Positions 1-9,168 of a stretch of 64,000 bases of DNA are shown here, piece by piece. How positions within the stretch are numbered: position 1 is the first letter of the stretch; the number at the start of each line of letters is the position of its first letter. The position numbers and the translations under genes are program-made. This stretch comes from Nitrosopumilus sp. (lineage in GTDB: Archaea > Thermoproteota > Nitrososphaeria > Nitrososphaerales > Nitrosopumilaceae). Below the pieces are notes generated by a model, which saw only the letters and a program-made list of their open reading frames with translations, was not told the origin of the DNA and searched no databases. The stretch is taken from assembly GCF_028278985.1 (NCBI RefSeq), contig NZ_JANQTA010000003.1:19295-83294 (forward strand), written 5' to 3'.

Positions 1-2
1 TA

Positions 3-224
3 GATAAGAAGAAACTAAAAAAAGATTTAGTCAAAATGGTAACTTCTGTAGGAATAGCTGAAGTTTTGTTTTTTACATCAAGATGGGGTTTTCATTATTA
101 TTTTTTGGAGATTGGTCAAGAGGCGTATTTGGCATCAGTAACTGCTCATGTAATTGCAGCCACAATATTTGTCGTGGCAGTCAATATTGGAGTCTATCTT
201 ACAAAATTGTACAAGAAAGATTAG
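3..224 (+). CDS. Small membrane protein, 5'-truncated by window edge
   Basis: Frame is open from base 3 (DKKKLKKDLVKMVTS...) with no upstream stop; two hydrophobic segments. Confidence 0.6.
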   Translation, partial: DKKKLKKDLVKMVTSVGIAEVLFFTSRWGFHYYFLEIGQEAYLASVTAHVIAATIFVVAVNIGVYLTKLYKKD

Positions 225-250
225 GAATAATCATTTTTTAGTTCTAAAAA

Positions 251-325
251 TGGGCCCACAGGGATTTGAACCCTGGATCTTCGCCGTGTAAGGGCGACGT
301 CATAACCGACCTGGACTATGGGCCC
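251..325 (-). tRNA. tRNA-Val(TAC)
   Basis: Reverse complement GGGCCCATAG...; anticodon arm TCGCC-CTTACAC-GGCGA; T-arm CAGGG-TTCAAAT-CCCTG; no encoded CCA. Confidence 0.97.
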
Positions 326-349
326 AGTGACCTTCGTTGTTGAAAACCA

Positions 350-355
350 TTTAAA
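350..355 (-). promoter_or_regulatory. Putative TATA box for tRNA-Val
   Basis: AAAG-TTTAAA on the minus strand, 25-30 nt upstream of the tRNA 5' end. Confidence 0.55.
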
Positions 356-404
356 CTTTGAGACATAGGAGAATCTAAAAATTTGATTAGGAATTTACAA
401 AAAT

Positions 405-1421
405 ATGACTAGATTTGATTTTTTTTCCAGTCCAATTGGGTTAGGACATGTAACAAGGGATATTGCCATTACAAATAATCTGCAAGACCTACAAGCAAAT
501 TTTGTTACAGGTAGTGGAGCTGCAAAAATTCTAAAAAAAATTAACTGGCAAGTGGATGATGTTTACAATCCACCTTCATTCATTGTAGAAAATGGTTCAC
601 TAAAAAACCCAGCAAAATGGTTATGGAATTATTACAAATATTACAAAGATTGTAAAAATATTTCAGAATCTATTTTACAAAAATCAAATTCAAATCTTGT
701 AGTTAGTGATGAAGATTTTGCATCATTAACAGTTGCACAAGAAAAAAAAATACCAACAATTTTAGTTACTGATATTTTAGAGACTCATTTTACTAAAGGG
801 CTAGCATCATTTATTGAAAAAAAGATGAATAAATCCATGAATGAAATTATCAAAAAATGTGATGTAGTGATTTTACCTGAAAATGGCGATGATTATGAAA
901 ATATCAAAAAAGTAGGACCAATTGTAAGAGAGACACAACATACAAGAGAAGAATTACGTGACAAATTTGAATTTAAGAAAAAAACAATTGTCATCTCAAT
1001 TGGAGGAACTGACGCGGGATTATTTTTGATTCAAAAAGCAATAGATGCAATTTCAAAAATAGATCAAGATTTAGAAATTATTCTAGTTTCAGGTCCTTCA
1101 GTTAGTAAAAAATTTGAAAATGTTAGAAATTTTGGTTTTGTTGAAAACCTGCATGAATTAATTTATGCTGCAGATTTAGTAATTTCACTTGCAGGAAAAT
1201 CAACTATTGATGAGGCCAAGGCATATGGAACACCAGGCATATTCATTCCTATCAAAGGACATTTTGAGCAAGAAGACAATGCCAGAGATGAAGGATATGA
1301 ATTTCAAGATGTTTTCAGACTAGAAAAAATAATTTCATCAAAACTTGAAGAGAAGAGAAATCAAGTAAATACAGAAGGAGCAAAAAAAGCAGCAGAGATT
1401 ATTCAGAAAATTATCAAATAA
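405..1421 (+). CDS. GT-B glycosyltransferase (MurG/GT28-like)
   Basis: GLGHVTR N-terminal motif; ISIGG; ADLVISLAGKSTIDEA; HFEQEDNA. Confidence 0.8.
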   Translation: MTRFDFFSSPIGLGHVTRDIAITNNLQDLQANFVTGSGAAKILKKINWQVDDVYNPPSFIVENGSLKNPAKWLWNYYKYYKDCKNISESILQKSNSNLVVSDEDFASLTVAQEKKIPTILVTDILETHFTKGLASFIEKKMNKSMNEIIKKCDVVILPENGDDYENIKKVGPIVRETQHTREELRDKFEFKKKTIVISIGGTDAGLFLIQKAIDAISKIDQDLEIILVSGPSVSKKFENVRNFGFVENLHELIYAADLVISLAGKSTIDEAKAYGTPGIFIPIKGHFEQEDNARDEGYEFQDVFRLEKIISSKLEEKRNQVNTEGAKKAAEIIQKIIK

Positions 1422-1465
1422 TATTCAAAGCTTAATAGATGGCCAATTCGATTTGAAAAAGTACC

Positions 1466-2881
1466 ATGACTAATCTTGTAGTTGCAAAATTTGGAGGAAG
1501 TGCAATTGGACCTGATGGAGTATCTATTCCTCAAATAATTCAAAGGATTGGAGATATGAAGAAAGATTCCAAAGTACTTGCTGTCTTTTCAGCTCCATTG
1601 ACTATGGTTGATGGAAAGAAAAGGTCTCTAACTGATGTGATACTAGAGCAAGGAAGAAACTCTGAAAATGGAACTTTACCAACTTTAGATGGAGTAAAAG
1701 CAACTTATGATAAAATTTTAGAATTAGTCAATGAAGAAAACAAGGAAAGTTGTAAAAATTCAATAAATTCACACTTGGAAAAAGCCAAAAAAGCCCTTGA
1801 TGAGGCATATTCAAAAAAAGAGTTTGCAGATGAAGTAAGATCTAGGGCCCTAGCATTCTCAGGTGAAATTCTAATGTCACATGTAATGAATTACATTTTA
1901 CGCAGTAATGGAATCAAATCTGATGCAGTAGAATACGAGAATTGGCCAATTATCACAGATAACAACATAGAATCCACAAATTTTCTTCCTTCTGAATCCA
2001 GGGGTAAAATGGAAAAAACTGCTCAGCTAGTTGAAGAAAATGAGGTTGTCGCAATTGGGGGATTTATTGGAAAAACAGTAGATAATGTAACTACTACCTA
2101 TGAAAGAGGGGGTTCTGATAGAACAGCTGCCGATCTTGGAATTTTATTTCATAAAAAATATGATACAAGTATAGACTTTGAAAAAGATAGTGCAGTAGTT
2201 TCAGCAGATCCTAAAATTGTCGATGACGGATTAGCAGAAGTACATCAATTATCATATAATGAAGCAAGATTAGCTGGAATGTTTGGAATGAAAATTTTAG
2301 ATCCAATTGCAATTAAAGAGATTCTAGAAAATGGTGTAGACATGCCCATCACTGTAACAAATATGAAAAATCCTGAAAAGATTACAATAATTAAAAGAGT
2401 TTTAGATGAACAAAAGGGACATCCAATCAAAATTGTTACTGGCAAAGAGAATTGTGCAATTCTAAGAATTGAAACAAGTTTGGTTCAGAAATTATTAACA
2501 TCACTTGAAAAAGACAAAAGATACAGCGAATTCGTAATTCTATCACCATTTACTAAAGACGGAATTGAATTTTCAAGAATACTATTTCTTGACGGAGATT
2601 ATGTCAAAAGAAATGAAAAATATTTCCTGGGTTTTGATTCTCTAGCTACCATCACTTACAACAGAGGTGTTATAACTTTGATTGGCGATGAAATGTGGAG
2701 AGTACAGCAAGTTGCATCAAGAACAAGTGCAAAGATTGGTGAATCTGGATTAAACATTCTAAACATGGATGCTCAAGAAGAAACTTCACGAATAATCATT
2801 GTTGTAGAAGATGCAGAAGACAACATTAGAAAAGCAATAATGGCAATACACCAAGAGATTTCTAAAATTAATTTTATTTAG
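1466..2881 (+). CDS. lysC: Aspartate kinase
   Basis: VAKFGGS, GGFIG, RGGSDRTA, SADPKIV, LSYNEA motifs; C-terminal ACT-like region. Confidence 0.9.
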   Translation: MTNLVVAKFGGSAIGPDGVSIPQIIQRIGDMKKDSKVLAVFSAPLTMVDGKKRSLTDVILEQGRNSENGTLPTLDGVKATYDKILELVNEENKESCKNSINSHLEKAKKALDEAYSKKEFADEVRSRALAFSGEILMSHVMNYILRSNGIKSDAVEYENWPIITDNNIESTNFLPSESRGKMEKTAQLVEENEVVAIGGFIGKTVDNVTTTYERGGSDRTAADLGILFHKKYDTSIDFEKDSAVVSADPKIVDDGLAEVHQLSYNEARLAGMFGMKILDPIAIKEILENGVDMPITVTNMKNPEKITIIKRVLDEQKGHPIKIVTGKENCAILRIETSLVQKLLTSLEKDKRYSEFVILSPFTKDGIEFSRILFLDGDYVKRNEKYFLGFDSLATITYNRGVITLIGDEMWRVQQVASRTSAKIGESGLNILNMDAQEETSRIIIVVEDAEDNIRKAIMAIHQEISKINFI

Positions 2882-2978
2882 TGTAAGAGTGGCGTTACGG
2901 GTTTACACCAGTAGCGCCATCATGGGTTTGTTCTTGGACCGTTATCTAGATTTAGTCCGGCGTTACCCAAAACACGCG
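2881..2978. ncRNA. Candidate structured non-coding RNA (unclassified, two hairpins)
   Basis: GC-rich intergenic tract. 2889-2898 pairs with 2911-2920 (10 bp incl. 2 G-U); TGGGT/ACCCA; GGAC/GTCC; closing GTGT/ACAC. Confidence 0.5.
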
Positions 2979-3029
2979 ATAATATAATTAGTAATTTCTA
3001 CTATTTAGAGCTGATCTATATAGATCTGA

Positions 3030-3236
3030 TCACATACGCTCGGCAGCATACCAGATTACAATTCCTACACCTAGTATAGCATACCATTTGAAATTTTTTT
3101 TATTCATGAAAATATTTGCTGAGCCTAATTCCTCATCTTTGTATGTAGTTTGACGAATCTTTCTCATCTCAAAGGCCTGCCCAACTAAGCCTATAACCAG
3201 TAAAGCAATTGCTACAAAGCCCAAAGTCCACTCCAT
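3030..3236 (-). CDS. Small two-TM hypothetical protein
   Basis: 68 aa ORF with two hydrophobic helices; fills the intergenic space. Confidence 0.75.
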   Translation of the reverse strand: MEWTLGFVAIALLVIGLVGQAFEMRKIRQTTYKDEELGSANIFMNKKNFKWYAILGVGIVIWYAAERM

Positions 3237-3321
3237 AAAGAATATTGAGATTTCTCAGATATGTAGTTTCTAATTGGAAAAAAGATAATTCTTTAAATTA
3301 GCATGTTTTTTTCTCTCTCCT

Positions 3322-4236
3322 ATGAAGGAAGTAGGAAAAATTTGGATGAATGGGAAATTGGTACCTTTCAAAGACGCCAAGGTTCATGTTCTGACTCATG
3401 CATTACATTATTCAACATCAATCTTTGAAGGAATCAGATGCTACAATACTCCAAATGGTTCAGCAATTTTTAGACTTCCAGAACATGTTGATAGATTTTA
3501 CAAATCAGCAAAGCTATATTCAATGAAAATGCAATTTAATAAAAAACAAGTTACCGAAGGTATTATCAAAACTGTAAAAGCTAGCGGTCACAAAGAGTGC
3601 TATATCAGACCATTGGCATATTACGGATATGGAACAATGGGATTAACACCTACACAAAACAAAGTTGATGTTTCTATATCATGTTGGGAATGGAAGATGG
3701 GAGAATCAAAAGCTGGAAAATTCTCTGGAGCAAAATGTAAAGTTTCAAGTTGGATAAAAATTGATTCACGATCACAACCAATGCAAGCCAAAGCTGCATC
3801 AAACTATGCAAATGCAGCATTGGCAAGAATGGAAGCATTAGAAAATGGATATGATGAAGCAATTATGTTAAATTCACATGGAAAAATTGCAGAAGGCAGT
3901 GCTGAAAATATTTTCATTGTAAAAGATGACATTATACAAACACCACCATTATCTGCCGGAGGATTAGAAGGGATCACCAGAGACAGCGTAATACAGATTA
4001 TTGAAGAAAATGGAGGATTTGTGATTGAAAGAGATTTGGATAGAGACGATCTCTATGCAGCCGATGAAATCTTTATGACGGGAACTGCTGCTGAGGTCAA
4101 ATCAGTAAGCCAAATTGACAAAGTCAAGATAGGAAATGGAAAGATGGGAAATATAACAAAAGCATTACAAAAATCATTTTCTGATGCAGTAATGGGTAAG
4201 GATGAAAGATTCCTTCCATGGTTGACATTTATCTAA
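3322..4236 (+). CDS. ilvE: Branched-chain amino acid aminotransferase (class IV PLP)
   Basis: HALHYSTSIFEGIR, YIRP, AKAASNY (PLP Lys), EGSAENIF, LEGITR, GTAAEV. Confidence 0.95.
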   Translation: MKEVGKIWMNGKLVPFKDAKVHVLTHALHYSTSIFEGIRCYNTPNGSAIFRLPEHVDRFYKSAKLYSMKMQFNKKQVTEGIIKTVKASGHKECYIRPLAYYGYGTMGLTPTQNKVDVSISCWEWKMGESKAGKFSGAKCKVSSWIKIDSRSQPMQAKAASNYANAALARMEALENGYDEAIMLNSHGKIAEGSAENIFIVKDDIIQTPPLSAGGLEGITRDSVIQIIEENGGFVIERDLDRDDLYAADEIFMTGTAAEVKSVSQIDKVKIGNGKMGNITKALQKSFSDAVMGKDERFLPWLTFI

Positions 4237-4274
4237 TTCATGAAGTTTTTTACCAACAAACTCAATAGATAATT

Positions 4275-4442
4275 ATGGATTCATGCACAACAGGAGATAC
4301 GCCTGAGATATGTTGGTTTTGTAGAAAAGGACGCTGCGAAGATTGTATGAAAGAAATTCCCACACAAGGTAAATCAGATGGACCTCATGACTGCACATTT
4401 GACACTAAATTAATTCCATGTAAATGTCAATGCAATAATTAG
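4275..4442 (+). CDS. Cys-rich 55-aa microprotein (not in ORF track)
   Basis: Hand translation MDSCTTGDTPEICWFCRKGRCEDCMKEIPTQGKSDGPHDCTFDTKLIPCKCQCNN*; 9 Cys, two CxxC and a CxCxC. Confidence 0.75.
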   Translation: MDSCTTGDTPEICWFCRKGRCEDCMKEIPTQGKSDGPHDCTFDTKLIPCKCQCNN

Positions 4443-4472
4443 TACAAATAAAGCTCTAATTTTAAAAAATTC

Positions 4473-5027
4473 ATGGCTTATGATGAAGATTTTTGGAACA
4501 AGTATACTGAAGAAAATGAAGCCAGATACAACGAAGAATTTTCAAAATTTACACGAGATTTAGCAATTTCTCTAAGGACAACTAGTGTGTTAGAAATTGG
4601 ATGTGGGACAGGAATAGATTTACGATTATTTCCAGATACGTTTGAGATTAATGGAATTGATCTTAATGAAAATGCATTAAAGATTGCAAAAGAAAAACTT
4701 CCTCAAGGAGATTTTAAGAAAGGCACTATAACAGATTTGCCATTTGAAGATTCATCAATTGATTTTGTATTTACCCATCAATTACTAAATTATCTTGATG
4801 ATGAAACATTACAAAAAGGAATTTCTGAAATGTTCAGAGTTGCAAAAAAATACATTATGAATTGTGAAAAATTTGAGCAATCTGAAAAACAGATTGATGA
4901 TCACCATAAAAATCGTAATATGCTAAAAAGATGGATGGATTACAAAATAAGAATGGTAAGTAACGTTGACATGCATGAAGAGATAGACCCAGATAAATCT
5001 AGATTTACATTACTTAGAAAACTTTAA
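4473..5027 (+). CDS. Class I SAM-dependent methyltransferase
   Basis: VLEIGCGTG motif I; GIDLN; LPFEDSSIDFV. Confidence 0.9.
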   Translation: MAYDEDFWNKYTEENEARYNEEFSKFTRDLAISLRTTSVLEIGCGTGIDLRLFPDTFEINGIDLNENALKIAKEKLPQGDFKKGTITDLPFEDSSIDFVFTHQLLNYLDDETLQKGISEMFRVAKKYIMNCEKFEQSEKQIDDHHKNRNMLKRWMDYKIRMVSNVDMHEEIDPDKSRFTLLRKL

Positions 5028-6781
5028 CCCAGATTTTTTGGTAAAATAATTCTAAATGTTGTAGGTTCATTTGAAACAGAGATTGTACCCTCATGTTGTT
5101 CTACAATATTTTTGCAGCTTGCTAATCCTAAACCAGTTCCTTTTTGTTTTGTTGTAAAGAGAGGTTCAAAAACTTTGTCAAGATCTTTTTCTGGTATTCC
5201 AATTCCAGAATCAACAAAATCTAAGATTACAGAATCATGTGATTCGGAAACTATTATTTTAATTTCCCCACCTTCGGGCATGGCTTGAATTGCGTTTACT
5301 ATAAGATTAATGAAAACAGGATCTAATTTTAGCGGATCACAATCAAGTTTAATTTCATTTTTAGGAATATTCATTTGAATATCATCAGGAATGTTAATTT
5401 TTTCTACAGAGTTTTGAATTAAATCATATACATTTACAGCGGAAATTTTTAAAGGTGAAATTCGTACGTACCCTAACACGTCATCAACTTGATGTGAAAT
5501 CCTCTCAACACTCTTTTCAATCAAACCTACTCTTTTCTCAAATGATTCATCAGGGGATTTTGATTGAGCATTACTTTGTTTTAACAAATCAACTGACATT
5601 TTGATAACAGATAGGGGATTTCTCAAATCATGGGCCAATCTTCCAGATAATTCACCTATTGCAGATAATCTTTCAGATTTTAGGAGTTCTTCGGTTTTTT
5701 CTTCTACAAGATTTTCAAGATTGTCACGTTGTTCAGTCAATTCTTTTGTTCTCATTTGGACTAGTCTAGAGAGATTTTTGTTGATAGTGATTACTATAAC
5801 TCCAAAAACTGCCAACATTCCAACAATTCCCAACATGAGGCTCTCAATGGAAAGCTCCTCTCCAGTTTGAAGCATTACAGCATCAATCAATGAGATTAAG
5901 ATTACCATACAAACAATGGCAACAGTTAGAGGAATTCCAAATTTACTAATTGTTTCAAATTTTACGTGTTCTGTAAAGAAGAAAGTTTTTTCTTCATTTG
6001 GATCGTGTTTTAATGAGGTTAATCTACTTTGGATGGCAAAAATGCATAAAAGAAAAGTGTAGATGTACATCACATCAACAGGATGGCCATCATAGTAAGA
6101 TCCATCGATTTGAGCAAGTAAGAAGAATGTGTCAGCTATAGCATATACAATAAATCCAAACAATAGCAACATCCATGAAAAGTTTGCACCTTTTTTAGCA
6201 AGGAAAAGAACTCCTACAATTGCAGGAATCAGTTGAACTGATGCCATTATTGGATACGCTAAGGCAATGGATACTGCAAACGATGATTCACCATAAATAT
6301 CATCATAAGCTGCTGCAACTGATGGAACAAGAAATGAAACTGATAAACCAATTGCAAATAGCCAAACATTTCTACTAACAGATGATAAAATTGGTTTTAA
6401 TGAAAGAAACAAAAATGCTGTAAAGAGTGGATATGAAGCGATATAGAAAATATCAGCTTCGGAAGGAAATGGTTCTCCATCCCAAAAATAATCATAAGCT
6501 TGCCAGATTTGTTCTGCAACAAACCAACATACAGTTCCTAATGTAAACATCAAAAATGCTTTTACTTGAAAATGATTTCTTCTGTAAAGTTTTATTGTAA
6601 TAAAAGATGCAAAACCTACCAATACTGCAGGAACAATGGTATATGCTGGAAAAGATACATATGAAAATTCAAAATCACTGAGGAAAGGACGTAACTGGTA
6701 TAAAGCTGTAAATCCCACAAGGGATAAAATTAAAGGAATTAAGATTTTTTTAGAATCTGTTTCATGTTTATTTTTCATCAT
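5024..6781 (-). CDS. Membrane sensor histidine kinase
   Basis: Multi-TM N-terminus; H-box AHDLRNPL; NLIVNAIQAM; DSGIGI; FEPLFTTK; GTGLGL. Confidence 0.93.
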   Translation of the reverse strand: MMKNKHETDSKKILIPLILSLVGFTALYQLRPFLSDFEFSYVSFPAYTIVPAVLVGFASFITIKLYRRNHFQVKAFLMFTLGTVCWFVAEQIWQAYDYFWDGEPFPSEADIFYIASYPLFTAFLFLSLKPILSSVSRNVWLFAIGLSVSFLVPSVAAAYDDIYGESSFAVSIALAYPIMASVQLIPAIVGVLFLAKKGANFSWMLLLFGFIVYAIADTFFLLAQIDGSYYDGHPVDVMYIYTFLLCIFAIQSRLTSLKHDPNEEKTFFFTEHVKFETISKFGIPLTVAIVCMVILISLIDAVMLQTGEELSIESLMLGIVGMLAVFGVIVITINKNLSRLVQMRTKELTEQRDNLENLVEEKTEELLKSERLSAIGELSGRLAHDLRNPLSVIKMSVDLLKQSNAQSKSPDESFEKRVGLIEKSVERISHQVDDVLGYVRISPLKISAVNVYDLIQNSVEKINIPDDIQMNIPKNEIKLDCDPLKLDPVFINLIVNAIQAMPEGGEIKIIVSESHDSVILDFVDSGIGIPEKDLDKVFEPLFTTKQKGTGLGLASCKNIVEQHEGTISVSNEPTTFRIILPKNLG

Positions 6782-6946
6782 ATTGAGAACACCTTTTCAT
6801 TAAATTTATTTTTAAAATGTATGATATACTTCTAAAAACCAATTTTACTCTAAAAAAGAGTAAAAAAAATCATAGTTATTATCAAATGTGTAACAAATTA
6901 TACTGACGGATCTTTAATAGGAAAGTATGACAATATTACCCTTGGC

Positions 6947-7330
6947 ATGGGCAATAGTATCTTAATTGTAGAAGATGATGAGGATTTGCTTGTAATCTAT
7001 AAAGAAATTTTAGAATTACATCAATTTGAAGTGATTACTGCGAGAAACGGAAAAGAAGGAGTAGAAAATTTTATGGAATCTAAACCATCTCTTGTAATTA
7101 TGGATGGGGACATGCCAATCTTAAACGGATATGAAGCATTTAAAAAAATCAAAAAAATCGATAAAGATGCAAATGTTGTGATTGTAACTGGATTTTCAGA
7201 ATTTGAGCCAAAAAATCAAGAAGTAATCAAGATGGGCTTGATTAAAGTTATCTCAAAGCCTGTTGGTATAGATGACCTTCTAGTTTTGGCTGAAAAATAT
7301 GGAAAAAACAAAATTGAAAAAGAATTGTAA
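6947..7330 (+). CDS. Stand-alone response regulator receiver (CheY-like)
   Basis: LIVEDD, VIMDGDMP (phospho-Asp), VTG, ISKP; no output domain; divergent from the kinase. Confidence 0.92.
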   Translation: MGNSILIVEDDEDLLVIYKEILELHQFEVITARNGKEGVENFMESKPSLVIMDGDMPILNGYEAFKKIKKIDKDANVVIVTGFSEFEPKNQEVIKMGLIKVISKPVGIDDLLVLAEKYGKNKIEKEL

Positions 7331-7376
7331 CTAAAGCTTACAAAAAATTCATTAACTCTGATGATTTAGTGAGAAT

Positions 7377-7607
7377 ATGCCATTTAAGATCCTATACAGT
7401 TTTGCAAACGAAGAGCACCAGTATACATGCTATGTTACATATGAGCAGTACAAAAATTTCAAAAAACTACCTAGTCTAAAAGAGTGCAAAATAATTACAG
7501 AAAATCAAGAGGATGTTGAAGAATACAAAAATGAGATGCAAGATGCTCTAAATTTAGCAGCAAAAAATGATACATCCCATATCAAAAAATTATCAGAAAT
7601 GGTTTGA
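7377..7607 (+). CDS. Hypothetical protein
   Basis: 76 aa ORF downstream of the receiver on the same strand. Confidence 0.65.
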   Translation: MPFKILYSFANEEHQYTCYVTYEQYKNFKKLPSLKECKIITENQEDVEEYKNEMQDALNLAAKNDTSHIKKLSEMV

Positions 7608-7721
7608 TCAGGTATATCCTAGTGCAAATTCCCACAAATGGAAATATTCTATTTTCGTTGACGTTTTTGTAAATTTATCAATTTTACATAAACAAAATAA
7701 TGTCTTTGTGCTCAAAATAGC

Positions 7722-7865
7722 ATGGCTGAAAGAATCACAATAATGCTGAATAGTGATATTGCAAAAAAATTACGAAATATGCAAGCCAAAAAAGTTAAAG
7801 AATCAGCATCATCTGTAAGTTTTTCAAGAATCGTAAATGAAGTACTTCAGAAAGGCTTAGAGTAA
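7722..7865 (+). CDS. Ribbon-helix-helix-like 47-aa DNA-binding microprotein (not in ORF track)
   Basis: MAERITIMLNSDIAKKLRNMQAKKVKESASSVSFSRIVNEVLQKGLE*; alternating beta-strand, helix, SxSxxVN helix. Confidence 0.75.
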   Translation: MAERITIMLNSDIAKKLRNMQAKKVKESASSVSFSRIVNEVLQKGLE

Positions 7866-7866
7866 A

Positions 7867-7974
7867 TCAGGATTTTTTGTGTATAGTCCTAATGTGCCGT
7901 TTAAGATTACCCTCACCAAAGAGTTTTTTATCACAATAAGGACATTTTATTCTAGTAGCCAAACTAATGTTCAT
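7867..7974 (-). CDS. Single C2H2 zinc-finger 35-aa microprotein (not in ORF track)
   Basis: MNISLATRIKCPYCDKKLFGEGNLKRHIRTIHKKS*; exact C-x2-C-x12-H-x4-H spacing with Leu at both hydrophobic core positions. Confidence 0.75.
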   Translation of the reverse strand: MNISLATRIKCPYCDKKLFGEGNLKRHIRTIHKKS

Positions 7975-8095
7975 ACAAAGTATGAGTATGATATATTAAT
8001 ATATTAAGAAGTCCCAATTTTGGGAATTTTTGGATACTAGATGTATCTATTCAAAATTACATGTGGATTAATATTTCCCAATTATAGGAATAACA

Positions 8096-8311
8096 TTGAA
8101 GAATTCTTTTAATGTTAATTCGTATAGTCATTTTAAAACACTAGAATCAATTCAAGAAATAATCAAATGTCCAGAATGTAATTCAAATGATAATTTGTGT
8201 GATATTCACTCAGAACTTATCAAGACATACATTGTAGATGATGTCAAAGGTTGGCTGGATGAATTGAATCGTCACAGTAACCAAAATACAACAATAAAAA
8301 ATACAGTTTGA
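8096..8311 (+). CDS. Small hypothetical protein, possible Zn-binding
   Basis: CPEC...CDIH ligand pattern; TTG start. Confidence 0.55.
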   Translation: MKNSFNVNSYSHFKTLESIQEIIKCPECNSNDNLCDIHSELIKTYIVDDVKGWLDELNRHSNQNTTIKNTV

Positions 8312-8335
8312 AAAATTTATTAAAATTTTAAACAG

Positions 8336-8409
8336 CGGGTCTAGAGGGATTCGAACCCACGACAGCAGGATTAAGAGTCCTGTGCGCTACCTGGCTGCGC
8401 CATAGACCC
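8336..8409 (-). tRNA. tRNA-Lys(CTT)
   Basis: Reverse complement GGGTCTATGG...; anticodon arm CAGGA-CTCTTAA-TCCTG; T-loop TTCGAAT. Confidence 0.97.
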
Positions 8410-8468
8410 ACCAAAATAGATATGCATGAAGTTGTTATTAATCTTGAGATTTGAAAATAAATGAAAAT

Positions 8469-9071
8469 TTAGTTTTGAGCTTTTGCTTCAATTTCATTGT
8501 ACTTTTCTAAGATTGCTGTAAGTGCAGTTGAAACTGGAACATCGTTCATCTTTTTCTTTTCGGCTAGAAGTTTTTGGTATGCATCTAAGGTGATGTAAAC
8601 CGGAATTGAACCATTTCCTTCAAGTAAACCTCTAACGTTGTAAAGTGCAGTTTCCATTCCTTTTTCAGCAGACTTTGCAAATTTTGCTTTATCCATGATG
8701 GCTCCTAATGGACCAAATGGCATTTCATAATCTACTGACATGGTTACTCTTGTGAGGTTGTTACCTAGGGCTTTGAACTCATTGGTAATTTGCCATTTCT
8801 TGAATGGACCTTCGATTTGTTTTGCAGAAATTTTCTCATTTCTGACAAACTCGATTGTCTCACAATCCCACTCTAGACGTTTGCCGCTAAAGTCACCGAT
8901 AATTCTAAAGGTTGTACCTACACCCATTCCTTCCTTGATATCCATAGGAACGACTGTCATGCCTACTGCATCAGATTTAATCTGGTCAGAAACGTGTTCT
9001 GGTCTTGCAAAGTAGGTAAAAACATTCTCTACAGGTGTTTTGATATCGATTGATTTTGTAACGAGGGTCAA
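8469..9071 (-). CDS. SRPBCC/START (CoxG/cyclase-like) domain protein
   Basis: SIDIKTPVENVF; GVGTTF; QIEGPFKKW; TRVTMSVDYEMPFGPLG. Confidence 0.85.
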   Translation of the reverse strand: MTLVTKSIDIKTPVENVFTYFARPEHVSDQIKSDAVGMTVVPMDIKEGMGVGTTFRIIGDFSGKRLEWDCETIEFVRNEKISAKQIEGPFKKWQITNEFKALGNNLTRVTMSVDYEMPFGPLGAIMDKAKFAKSAEKGMETALYNVRGLLEGNGSIPVYITLDAYQKLLAEKKKMNDVPVSTALTAILEKYNEIEAKAQN

Positions 9072-9168
9072 CGATTGAGTTTCTTGCCAATAAGGATTTA
9101 AAGGTTTTGAAGATTTCCCAACGAAATTAAATTACAATATATTCGTCTGATATCCATAATAATCCATA

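Noticed and set aside
2881-2978. 5S rRNA, C/D sRNA or fluoride riboswitch identity for the structured element
   Set aside because: It is too short and lacks the 5S loop C CGAAC, has no box D CTGA, and does not fit the crcB consensus.
7608-7720. Possible ~35-aa minus-strand ORF ending YFHLWEFALGYT
   Set aside because: Only a TTG start, no recognisable motif, and it overlaps the likely promoter of the RHH gene; unsupported.
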